DNA of 63,494 nucleotides from Oceanococcus sp. (GTDB taxonomy: Bacteria > Pseudomonadota > Gammaproteobacteria > Nevskiales > Oceanococcaceae): assembly GCA_041619315.1 (NCBI GenBank), contig JBFKEC010000001.1, forward strand, positions 1-63,494, in the 5' to 3' direction. The position numbers and the translations under genes were made by a program. Below, piece after piece: positions 1 through 8,503 of this stretch. Each line of letters begins with the position of its first letter. Positions within the stretch are counted from its first letter, which is position 1. Below the pieces are notes generated by a model. That model ran no database searches. It was not told the DNA's origin and was given only the letters and a program-made list of their open reading frames with translations.

Positions 1-224
1 GTGACCTGGCCTTTGACGCGCGGGTCGACGATAAAGTTCTGGCCGGTGATTTCACCCACCGTGGTGATCAGCGTGCCAATGTCAGCATCCTTGAGGTTCA
101 AGGTCGAGCCGACCGGCTGGGTCGGTTGCTGTGCCACGCTTGCCGTGCTGAACAGGGTCAGGCTGCTGCATAGCAGCAGTGCGCCCATGACCGGTTGCAG
201 CACCGGATGTGTCGCCAGATTCAT
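1..224 (-). CDS. gspD: Type II secretion secretin GspD, 5' part (runs off the window edge)
   Basis: Manual minus-strand translation from ATG 224: MNLATHPVLQPVMGALLLCSSLTLFSTASVAQQ...TLNLKDADIGTLITTVGEITGQNFIVDPRVKGQV, i.e. signal peptide plus secretin N0 motif; directly downstream of gspC. Confidence 0.92.
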   Translation of the reverse strand, partial: MNLATHPVLQPVMGALLLCSSLTLFSTASVAQQPTQPVGSTLNLKDADIGTLITTVGEITGQNFIVDPRVKGQV

Positions 225-234
225 AGAGTTACCA

Positions 235-1149
235 CTAGTTGAGGTTCACACTGACGGACTGAAGCTGTCCGCCGCGTTCAATTTGTAAACTGAGCTGCTG
301 GGCCGAACTGAGGTCGCCCAAAAGCTGAAAACTTTTGCTTGGATCATCCAGAGAGACACCGTTGACCGATGTCACGATGTCGCCGGGGCGCAGGCCTGCC
401 TGCTTGAACAGTTCGCGATTGCGACCCGGATATATGCGGTAGCCCCGCATGGCGCCATTGCTGCGAGCCGGCTGAACGCGCAAGTACTGCGAAGCCTTGG
501 TCGGGTCGTTGAGCAGTTCGGTGCGTATGGTTGATAGCTTGGCCGCAGTGTCACTATCGAGGATACGCGGGGCTGAACCGCCCAGAGAGCGCATGGTTAC
601 GGATGATGCGCTGCTGTTGCGCGGCGAGGTGTCGATCACCTCATCCTTTTCCAGGCGCAATGTTTCCAGGCGCCCGCCACGTTCGAGCAAAACCCGATCA
701 ACATAAATGCTGTGCAGTTTGGCGCCACCGGGAATTGACATGCCAATGGCATAGGCGGTGAGTTCGCCGCGGGTCTGTTCGATCAGGGCACGCGATTCGC
801 TGGGTTCTTCCATGGCCAGAATGCCGCGCAGTTTGAGGCGCAGATTGGTATCCGGCGCATCTTCGGCAGCCTGAGCTTGCTGTGCTGCGGCTTCAGGGCG
901 GAACTCGCCGAACAGTTTGGCCTGCTGGATCGCGGCCACATTGATGCTCGATGCGCGTTGCTGCGTGGCTGTGGCATTGGCCGGTTGCGCCGGTCGTGGA
1001 ACCCACAAGCCTTGTTCCGGTGCCGGCACCAGCAGCCAGATCAATTTGGCCAACTGCAGTCCTAGCAGCACCGCAAGCAGCAGGGCCGCCAGCAGCGGGA
1101 CGGTTTTCTGCAGCCGGGCGATGGTTTGAGGAGAAAGTTGCGAGTTCAA
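235..1149 (-). CDS. gspC: Type II secretion protein GspC (TM, HR and PDZ domains)
   Basis: N-terminal TM; HR motif (APDTNLRLKLRGI, IYVDRVLL..GRLETLRL); C-terminal PDZ (GYRIYPG, GLRPGDIVTSVNG); TTG start uncertain. Confidence 0.9.
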   Translation of the reverse strand: MNSQLSPQTIARLQKTVPLLAALLLAVLLGLQLAKLIWLLVPAPEQGLWVPRPAQPANATATQQRASSINVAAIQQAKLFGEFRPEAAAQQAQAAEDAPDTNLRLKLRGILAMEEPSESRALIEQTRGELTAYAIGMSIPGGAKLHSIYVDRVLLERGGRLETLRLEKDEVIDTSPRNSSASSVTMRSLGGSAPRILDSDTAAKLSTIRTELLNDPTKASQYLRVQPARSNGAMRGYRIYPGRNRELFKQAGLRPGDIVTSVNGVSLDDPSKSFQLLGDLSSAQQLSLQIERGGQLQSVSVNLN

Positions 1150-1291
1150 GGAGGGGCGATCAGCGTAAGGCGAGAGTAAAACCCGACATCATAAAGATTT
1201 TGTCGGCATTTCTCATTGTTTTGGGGCGCGTTTGCGGGGATTTTGCGGGCAAGTAATATGGCAGGCAGTGGGAGCGCCCGGGGGGCACGTG

Positions 1292-3517
1292 ATGCACACT
1301 CTGATTCGATTTGTGCTGACGAGTTTCATACTCGCTGGCTTTCTGTTGCACCTCAACGGGTTCTGGACAATCAGTTTGATCGAGCAGGTCGAACGATTGA
1401 CCTATGACACGCGGGTGCGGGCCAGTGTGCTGGATGAAGTTGACGATCGTATTGCGATCATCGATATCGACGAAAAATCAATGGCCGAAGAGGGGCAGTG
1501 GCCATGGCCGCGGCGCAAACTTGCGGCCGCTGTGGATGTGCTGAATCAGCATTATGAGGTTTCGGCACTGGCACTGGATTCGGTTTTTCCCGAAGCCGAT
1601 GGCCATTCCGGGCTGCCCTGGCTCGGTCAACTGCAAGCCTCCGAGGTTGGGGATGACGCAGGGGTGCGGCTCTGGATCGATGAGCAGCGCGATGCCTGGG
1701 ATGATGATCGGGTTTTTGCTGCGGCCCTTGAACGTCATCACCCGGTGCTTGGTTTTGTGCTCAAGGGGCTGGCCGGTGAAGCATCGAGCATGGGACAACT
1801 GCCGCCTCCGGTGGTTGATGAGGCGCGCAAGATGCCAGCGTCATACATTCAGGCCAGCAGCTACACGGCCAATCTGCCAGTGCTGCAGAGGGCCACGCCT
1901 TTTGCCGGGTTCTTCGACAACCCAACGCTGGACAATGACGGGGTGTTTCGACGCGTGCCCTTGCTACAACGTCATGGGGACGCAGTGTACGGCTCGCTGG
2001 CTTTGATGACGCTGGCGCGGGCGTTGAGTGATGGACAGGAGCCCCCCGTCATCGAGCTGGAATATGACGCGAGCAGCGGGCCTCGCAATGTCCTCAATCT
2101 CGAGTACCTGCGGCTCGGCCGCTATCTCGTTCCTGTGGATGAGAATGTGGCCGTGCTGGTGCCTTACCGCGGGGCGCAGGGCAGCTTTCCGTACTACTCG
2201 CTGGCCGATGTGCTGCACCAGCGGGTTGATCCGGCCGCCTTGCGCGGGCGCATCGCCATACTTGGCACGACCGCACCCGGCCTCAAGGACCATCGCACCA
2301 CGCCGGTGGGCGTGGCGTATGCCGGTGTTGAGGTGCATGCCAACATCATCTCGGGCATTCTCGATGGTCGGATCAAGCATAAGGTGCCCTATCTGGTGGG
2401 CATCGAAACCACCATGCTGGTGGTGATAAGCCTGATCTTCACGCTGCTGTTTCCTCGCGTCTCACCTCTGCTGGGCACCTTGATGGTCGGCGGCATGGTG
2501 GCGGGGCTGGTGGCGCTGTCATTCGGCTTGTGGAGCGGCGCTGATTTCGTCGTGCCGCTGGGCGGCCCGTTGCTGTTTCTGTTCATTCTCGTGCTGGTGC
2601 AGATGACCTATGGCTATTTCGTCGAAGCCCGGGCCAAGCGCGAGGTGGCGCGTTTGTTCGGCCACTATGTGCCGCCTGAACTGGTCAGCGAGATGGCCCA
2701 TGACGCCCTGGCTGCGGAAATGCGCTCGGACAGTCGCGAGATGACTGTGCTGTTTTCGGATATTCGCAACTTCACCAGCATTTCAGAGCGCTTGCAGCCG
2801 CAGGAATTGACCGCGCTGATGAACGAATTTTTGACACCGCTAACGGAAGTGATTCATCGCCATCGCGGAACCATCGACAAATACATGGGCGATGCCGTCA
2901 TGGCGTTTTGGGGCGCGCCTTTGGCGGATGAATTGCATGCGCGGCGCGCGCTCGAGGCAGCATTGGAAATGGTTGGCTGCATGCGCCGCCTGGCCGAAGA
3001 GTTCCGCGCCCGCGGCTTGCCCGAGTTGCGTATCGGGGTTGGGGTCAATACCGGTGTGATGAGCGTCGGCAACATGGGCTCGCAGTTCAGAATGGCATAC
3101 ACCGTGCTTGGTGATGCAGTGAACCTGGGATCAAGGTTGGAAGGCTTGACCAAGCAATATGGTGTCTCGGTGATATGTGGCGACAGCACGCGCCGGCGGG
3201 TCGATGACTGGGCCTACCGCGACCTTGATCGGGTTCGGGTCAAGGGCAAGGCGGAGCCGGTTGGTATCTTTGAGCCGCTGGGTTTGCGCGCCGAGTTGGA
3301 TGGCGACACCCGCAAGGAGCTCAAGCACTACCGCGATGCGTTGCTGGCCTATCGCAACCAGAGCTGGTCAGAGGCCGAGTTGCAGTTCTATCAGTTGCAG
3401 AAAACGCGCCCCGATCCACATCCTATCTATCAGGTCTATCTTGACCGCATTGAGATCTTCAAGCGCATGCCGCCCGGGCCCGATTGGGATGGCGTGTTTA
3501 CCCATACCAGCAAGTAG
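1292..3517 (+). CDS. CHASE2-domain class III adenylate cyclase
   Basis: CHASE2 motifs (IIDIDEKS, GQWPWPRR, GVEVHANII), three TMs, cyclase motifs LFSDIRNFT, DKYMGDAVMA, YTVLGDAVNLGSRLEG (Lys/Thr pair typical of ATP specificity); start GTG 1289 or ATG 1292. Confidence 0.9.
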   Translation: MHTLIRFVLTSFILAGFLLHLNGFWTISLIEQVERLTYDTRVRASVLDEVDDRIAIIDIDEKSMAEEGQWPWPRRKLAAAVDVLNQHYEVSALALDSVFPEADGHSGLPWLGQLQASEVGDDAGVRLWIDEQRDAWDDDRVFAAALERHHPVLGFVLKGLAGEASSMGQLPPPVVDEARKMPASYIQASSYTANLPVLQRATPFAGFFDNPTLDNDGVFRRVPLLQRHGDAVYGSLALMTLARALSDGQEPPVIELEYDASSGPRNVLNLEYLRLGRYLVPVDENVAVLVPYRGAQGSFPYYSLADVLHQRVDPAALRGRIAILGTTAPGLKDHRTTPVGVAYAGVEVHANIISGILDGRIKHKVPYLVGIETTMLVVISLIFTLLFPRVSPLLGTLMVGGMVAGLVALSFGLWSGADFVVPLGGPLLFLFILVLVQMTYGYFVEARAKREVARLFGHYVPPELVSEMAHDALAAEMRSDSREMTVLFSDIRNFTSISERLQPQELTALMNEFLTPLTEVIHRHRGTIDKYMGDAVMAFWGAPLADELHARRALEAALEMVGCMRRLAEEFRARGLPELRIGVGVNTGVMSVGNMGSQFRMAYTVLGDAVNLGSRLEGLTKQYGVSVICGDSTRRRVDDWAYRDLDRVRVKGKAEPVGIFEPLGLRAELDGDTRKELKHYRDALLAYRNQSWSEAELQFYQLQKTRPDPHPIYQVYLDRIEIFKRMPPGPDWDGVFTHTSK

Positions 3518-3581
3518 CTTGTCGTGAACATCAATCAAACCCAGAGGTCAAAGCAGACATTAATCGTCATACAATTGGGCC

Positions 3582-3899
3582 ATGGCTGAACATGAGACAG
3601 AACGCTACGGCAACACTGCAGTTGAAGAGGCACCGCCCAAACTGCAGCGCCCGCCGATGTACAAGGTCGTTATTTTGAACGACGACTACACACCTATGGA
3701 GTTTGTGGTCCATATCCTGCAGAAGTATTTCAGGCTTGGGCACGAGCAGGCCGTTCAGGTCATGCTTGAAGTCCATACCAAAGGAGCGGGTGTGGCTGGC
3801 ACCTACACCGCCGAGATCGCGGAAACCAAGGTGGCTCAGGTAAACCGGTATGCGCGGGAAAATGAACATCCGCTGATGTGTACGATGGAGAAAGCGTAA
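3582..3899 (+). CDS. clpS: Clp protease adaptor ClpS
   Basis: [34 protein letters not shown] motifs; TAATG overlap with clpA. Confidence 0.97.
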   Translation: MAEHETERYGNTAVEEAPPKLQRPPMYKVVILNDDYTPMEFVVHILQKYFRLGHEQAVQVMLEVHTKGAGVAGTYTAEIAETKVAQVNRYARENEHPLMCTMEKA

Positions 3900-6157
3900 T
3901 GCTTAGTCAGGATCTGCAGGCCGCCCTGGATGCGGCATTCAAATCAGCCAAATCGGAGGCGCACGATCTTCTGACCGTCGAGCATTTGCTGCTTGCCTTG
4001 CTGGACGATGCCAAACTGGCCGAAGTGCTGCGCGCGGTCGGCGCACAACTTGAGCCTCTGGAGCAGGGGCTGCGCGAATTCATTCGCACCAACGTGCAAA
4101 CCGTGGGCGAAGTGGATGACGGCTATGAAGTCCAGCCTACGCTGGGTTTCCAGCGGGTGTTGCAGCGCGCGGTTTACCACGTGCAGTCATCCGGCAAAAA
4201 GGAAGTCACGCCCATCAATGTGCTGGTGGCGATCTTCGCCGAGCGCGATGCGCACGCGGTGTTTTTGCTCGCTGAGCAAGGCGTCAGCCGGCTGGATGTG
4301 GTCAATTACATTTCTCACGGAATTGCCCGCGACGAAAGCGAGAGCAATCCCGGTGTCGGTGATGGCGAGGACACCAAAGATGTCGCCGGTGAAGGCGAAT
4401 CCGCGCTGGCCAAATACACCGTCAATCTGAACGAAAAAGCGCGCCAGGGACGCATCGATCCGTTGATCGGGCGTGCCTTGGAGGTCGAGCGCGTGATCCA
4501 GACCTTGTGTCGTCGGCGCAAGAACAACCCCTTGCTGGTTGGTGAGGCCGGGGTTGGCAAGACCGCAATTGCCGAAGGTTTGGCGCTGGCCATTGTTGAA
4601 GGCGAGGTGCCTGAGGTGCTGGGCAAGGCCACCATCTACGCGTTGGATATGGGCGGTCTGGTTGCAGGCACCAAGTACCGCGGTGATTTTGAGAAGCGCC
4701 TCAAAGGTGTTCTCAAGGAGCTCAATGAGGATCCCGGTTCGGTGCTGTTCATCGACGAGATTCACACCATGATCGGGGCCGGTGCGGCTTCTGGCGGCGT
4801 CATGGATGCCTCCAATTTGCTCAAGCCCGGGTTGGCCAGCGGCGAATTGCGCTGCATTGGCTCAACCACCTACAGCGAATTCCGCGGCATCTTCGAAAAG
4901 GATCATGCGCTGGCCCGTCGTTTCCAGAAAATTGACGTGCCAGAACCGAGCGTGTCGGAAACCCAGCAAATTCTGATGGGGCTGAAGTCGCGTTTCGAGA
5001 AGCACCATGAGGTGCGCTACACCAATAACGCCATTCAGGCCGCAGCCGAGCTTGCTGCGCGACATATCAATGATCGCCATCTGCCGGACAAGGCCATCGA
5101 CGTGATCGATGAGGCCGGTGCGCGCCTGCAGTTGATGCCGGCATCCAAGCGGCGCAAGACCGTTCAGGTCAAGGATATTGAAGAGATCGTGGCCAGGATT
5201 GCACGCATTCCGCCGAAGAGCGTGAGTGCTTCGGATCGAGACGTGCTGCGCACGCTGGAGCGTGATCTCAAGCTGGCCATTTTTGGTCAGGATGCCGCCG
5301 TTGAAACCCTGTGTGGTGCGATCAAGATGTCACGCTCGGGGCTGGGGCCGCCGGATCGTCCGATCGGCAGCTTCCTGTTTGCCGGGCCGACCGGGGTCGG
5401 CAAGACCGAGGTGACGCGTCAGTTGGCGGACTTGCTGGGCATTGATCTGGTCCGCTTCGACATGTCGGAATACATGGAGCGGCACACGGTGTCGCGCCTG
5501 ATCGGGGCGCCGCCTGGCTACGTCGGTTTTGATCAGGGTGGTCTGCTGACGGAGGCTGTCATCAAGCAGCCACACGCCGTGGTGCTGCTCGATGAAATCG
5601 AAAAAGCCCATCCGGAAGTGTTCAACCTGCTGCTGCAGGTGATGGATCACGGCACCCTGACCGACAACAACGGGCGCAAAGCCGATTTCCGCAATGTCAT
5701 TCTGGTGATGACCACCAATGCCGGCGCCGCCGATATGGCACGTCCATCCATTGGGTTCGCCAGCCAGGATCATCGCAGTGACGGTATGGAGGCGCTCAAA
5801 CGCCTGTTCACCCCTGAGTTCCGCAACCGTCTGGACGCGGTGATCCAGTTCGAACCACTGCGGCCGGAAGTGGTGCGGCATGTGGTCGACAAATTCCTGG
5901 TCCAGGTCGAGGTTCAGCTCGAGAGCAAGAACGTGCACATCGAGTTCGATGAGGCGGCACGTGCCTGGCTGGTCGAGAATGGCTACGATGAAACCATGGG
6001 CGCACGTCCCATGGCACGTCTGATCCAGGAGCAGATCAAGCGACCGCTCGCCGAAGAGTTGCTGTTCGGCAAGCTGAGCAAAGGTGGCCAGATCCGGGTC
6101 AGTGCAAACGCGGATGGTTTGCAGCTGGAAATCGAGGATGCGGAGGCGCTGGCGTAA
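3899..6157 (+). CDS. clpA: ATP-dependent Clp protease ATPase ClpA
   Basis: Two AAA modules (GEAGVGKT, GPTGVGKT), RFDMSEYMERHTVSRLIG; start placed at ATG 3899 overlapping the clpS stop. Confidence 0.97.
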   Translation: MLSQDLQAALDAAFKSAKSEAHDLLTVEHLLLALLDDAKLAEVLRAVGAQLEPLEQGLREFIRTNVQTVGEVDDGYEVQPTLGFQRVLQRAVYHVQSSGKKEVTPINVLVAIFAERDAHAVFLLAEQGVSRLDVVNYISHGIARDESESNPGVGDGEDTKDVAGEGESALAKYTVNLNEKARQGRIDPLIGRALEVERVIQTLCRRRKNNPLLVGEAGVGKTAIAEGLALAIVEGEVPEVLGKATIYALDMGGLVAGTKYRGDFEKRLKGVLKELNEDPGSVLFIDEIHTMIGAGAASGGVMDASNLLKPGLASGELRCIGSTTYSEFRGIFEKDHALARRFQKIDVPEPSVSETQQILMGLKSRFEKHHEVRYTNNAIQAAAELAARHINDRHLPDKAIDVIDEAGARLQLMPASKRRKTVQVKDIEEIVARIARIPPKSVSASDRDVLRTLERDLKLAIFGQDAAVETLCGAIKMSRSGLGPPDRPIGSFLFAGPTGVGKTEVTRQLADLLGIDLVRFDMSEYMERHTVSRLIGAPPGYVGFDQGGLLTEAVIKQPHAVVLLDEIEKAHPEVFNLLLQVMDHGTLTDNNGRKADFRNVILVMTTNAGAADMARPSIGFASQDHRSDGMEALKRLFTPEFRNRLDAVIQFEPLRPEVVRHVVDKFLVQVEVQLESKNVHIEFDEAARAWLVENGYDETMGARPMARLIQEQIKRPLAEELLFGKLSKGGQIRVSANADGLQLEIEDAEALA

Positions 6158-6169
6158 CCACGCCAGCGC
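6146..6169. terminator. 10-bp perfect hairpin between convergent clpA and infA
   Basis: GCGCTGGCGT-aacc-ACGCCAGCGC over the clpA stop; no U-tract, so termination is uncertain. Confidence 0.4.
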
Positions 6170-6188
6170 GGATTACCAGCGCGGATTA
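6163..6188. repeat. Perfect 13-bp tandem duplication
   Basis: CCAGCGCGGATTA at 6163-6175 and 6176-6188. Confidence 0.85.
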
Positions 6189-6404
6189 TTTACCGCGGTA
6201 GGTGATGCGGCCCTTGGACAGATCGTAGGGCGTCAGCTGCACCGTGACCGTGTCACCGGTGAGGATGCGGATGTAATGCTTGCGCATGCGGCCGGAAATG
6301 TGAGCTGTCACGGTGTGACCATTTTCCAGTTGTACGCGAAATGTGGTGTTGGGCAGGGTTTCAGTCACCGTGCCTTCCATTTCGATAAGATCTTCTTTCG
6401 GCAT
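6186..6404 (-). CDS. infA: Translation initiation factor IF-1
   Basis: 72 aa, [40 protein letters not shown]. Confidence 0.98.
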   Translation of the reverse strand: MPKEDLIEMEGTVTETLPNTTFRVQLENGHTVTAHISGRMRKHYIRILTGDTVTVQLTPYDLSKGRITYRGK

Positions 6405-6459
6405 TTAAAGCGTCTAGAGTTGGCAAAGCCGGCCATTATCAGCGCTTTTGCCGCAGCCA

Positions 6460-7188
6460 TCAATCTTTAATCGTGGTCCAGGCTTCTCCGGTGCGTCGTT
6501 GCTGTGGCAGATACTCCGACTTGTACTGCATCTTGACGCTGTCTTGCACGTAGTAGCCAAGGTACAGCCAAGGTAGCGCAGAGGCTCGACAGGTTTCGAT
6601 CAAACGCAGCACTGCATAGCGCCCGAGCGAGCGCTGGGCGGACTCTGGCGCGAAAAATGTGTAGACCGCTGACATCCCGCTGAGCAGTCGGTCGACCACG
6701 CAAACGGCCTGCAATGTGCCGCCGCTATCGCGGATCAGCAGGTGCTGTGTGATGCTCGCCGATGGGCTGCATAAAAATTGTTCAAAGCCTTCGCGATCGT
6801 CCGGGTCCATGCCGCCATCTGAGTGTCGATCGCGCAAATATCGACGGTACAGCGCGTAACGCTCGTCGGTGCCCACCGGTGTTGCCCAGCTGGCAATCAG
6901 ATCCTCGTTGCGCTTCAAGCAGCGCCGTTGGGCGCGATTCGGTTTAAACGCGGCAACGTCTACGCGAGTGGACTCACAAGCCTGGCAATCCGGGCACATG
7001 GGGCGGTAGTGGCTGGGCCCGCTGCGCCGAAACCCCATCTGTGACAGGGCGTCGCGCTGGCTGGCATTGAGTTGCAGGCGCGGATCGACAAAAACATTGC
7101 GGCTCTGGCGGTCGGGCAAGTAGCTGCACGTCGTCGGCGCGCTGAGAAACAGCGGCAAGGATTCAATTTGCGATTTAATGTGGGACAT
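6460..7188 (-). CDS. bpt: Aspartate/glutamate leucyltransferase (ATE-like Bpt)
   Basis: CSYLPDR, GFRRSG..YRPMCPDCQAC, RHSDGGM, SAVYTFF, SLGRY, YLGY..KMQYK; next to aat; start inferred at MSHIK. Confidence 0.9.
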   Translation of the reverse strand: MSHIKSQIESLPLFLSAPTTCSYLPDRQSRNVFVDPRLQLNASQRDALSQMGFRRSGPSHYRPMCPDCQACESTRVDVAAFKPNRAQRRCLKRNEDLIASWATPVGTDERYALYRRYLRDRHSDGGMDPDDREGFEQFLCSPSASITQHLLIRDSGGTLQAVCVVDRLLSGMSAVYTFFAPESAQRSLGRYAVLRLIETCRASALPWLYLGYYVQDSVKMQYKSEYLPQQRRTGEAWTTIKD

Positions 7189-7921
7189 GCGCGCGGTCGC
7201 AAGGTGCATCAATGTCGAACGACCAGGACCCGCCAGGCGGCGGCGTGTCGCCGATGGCATTGTCCAATATGCCTTCGAACTGTTCGCGTGAGATGCGGGT
7301 TATACCCATGCGTTCCAGGTGCGGGGAGGCAACCTGGCAATCGAGCACGGCGAATTGCCAGGCGTGCAGCTGTTGGCACAGCCACAACATGGCCAGTTTT
7401 GAGCCATTGCTGGCCCGGCTGAACATCGATTCGCCGAAGAACACCTTGCCCAGAGCAATGCCGTACAGGCCGCCGATCAGTTCACCTTCGCGCCAAACCT
7501 CAATGGAGTGGGCATGGCCGCGGCGAAACAGTTCGGTGTAGGCCTGGCGCATGGCGGGGCCCAGCCAAGTGCCGTCACTGCGGCACGTCGCGCACGCGTC
7601 GATGACTTGTGGAAACGCTTGGTCAAGCGTGACCGCATAGTCTGCGCGATTGGCGGCGCGGCGCAGGCTGCGGCTGACATGCAATTGCGCGGGGTAGATG
7701 ACGGCGCGCGGATTGGGGGTCCACCACAGGATGGGTTCATCCGGGTTGAACCAGGGGAATATGCCGTGGCGATAGGCCTGCAGCAGGCGGCTGACACTGA
7801 GGTCGCCGCCCACCGCAATCAGACCATCCGGATCGCGCAGCGCGCACTCGCCGGGTGGGAAGGGCTCGCGTGGATTACGCGGGTCCAGCCAGTACAGACT
7901 GAGTCTGCTTTGGGTGGTCAA
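7175..7921 (-). CDS. aat: Leucyl/phenylalanyl-tRNA--protein transferase
   Basis: DGLIAVGGDL, AYRHGIFPWF, ILWWTPNPR, AHSIEVW, FFGESMFSR, DCQV. Confidence 0.96.
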   Translation of the reverse strand: MTTQSRLSLYWLDPRNPREPFPPGECALRDPDGLIAVGGDLSVSRLLQAYRHGIFPWFNPDEPILWWTPNPRAVIYPAQLHVSRSLRRAANRADYAVTLDQAFPQVIDACATCRSDGTWLGPAMRQAYTELFRRGHAHSIEVWREGELIGGLYGIALGKVFFGESMFSRASNGSKLAMLWLCQQLHAWQFAVLDCQVASPHLERMGITRISREQFEGILDNAIGDTPPPGGSWSFDIDAPCDRAHVPH

Positions 7922-8250
7922 TGATGAACGATGTCGGAAGCGACAACCCCATCCAGGGCCAATTGCACGCAGGTGTCGTGCTCGAAGCTGCCAATGTTGT
8001 TGCTGACGTCGATATCGTCGTTCTTGATGCGCCCGTCGGCGTCAAAGCCGACCAGTGCACCGGCAGTTCGTACCTGGATGCTGTTGTCTTCATCGTTGGG
8101 GTCGTCAACGATGACCTGCAGATAATGCGCACGCTGAGCGGCAAACCTGGGCAAACGCCCTTGCCCCGCGGCGACCAAAGCTGCGTTTTCGGAGGTTATC
8201 TGCTCAATAACGCCGTCCGCTCTGAGCAGGAAGTGTCGAATCTGAGTCAT
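7918..8250 (-). CDS. Hypothetical acidic protein (~110 aa)
   Basis: GGAG SD before ATG 8250; stop overlaps the aat TTG start (TTGA); no family recognised. Confidence 0.7.
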   Translation of the reverse strand: MTQIRHFLLRADGVIEQITSENAALVAAGQGRLPRFAAQRAHYLQVIVDDPNDEDNSIQVRTAGALVGFDADGRIKNDDIDVSNNIGSFEHDTCVQLALDGVVASDIVHH

Positions 8251-8503
8251 GTCGTACTCCGTTGTCCGGGCCGGCACGCGACCCGTCAGGGTGTCAATGC
8301 AGCGGTTAAAAGGATTCTGGACTAAACAATGTGGTCATGACGTGAAGAATCAAGATGGCTTGATTCAAGATGACTGGGGACGGTGTACTGTGCCCTCCTT
8401 GGTTGGTCGGCGATCAATCTGCTTCTCTGGGAGTATACTCCCCTATATTGTGGTGAAAAGCCCTGTTAACTGATTTCAAACACAAGATGTTGGGGTACGG
8501 CTG

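Noticed and set aside
1-288. 95-aa plus-strand ORF at the window start
   Set aside because: The real gene is gspD on the minus strand.
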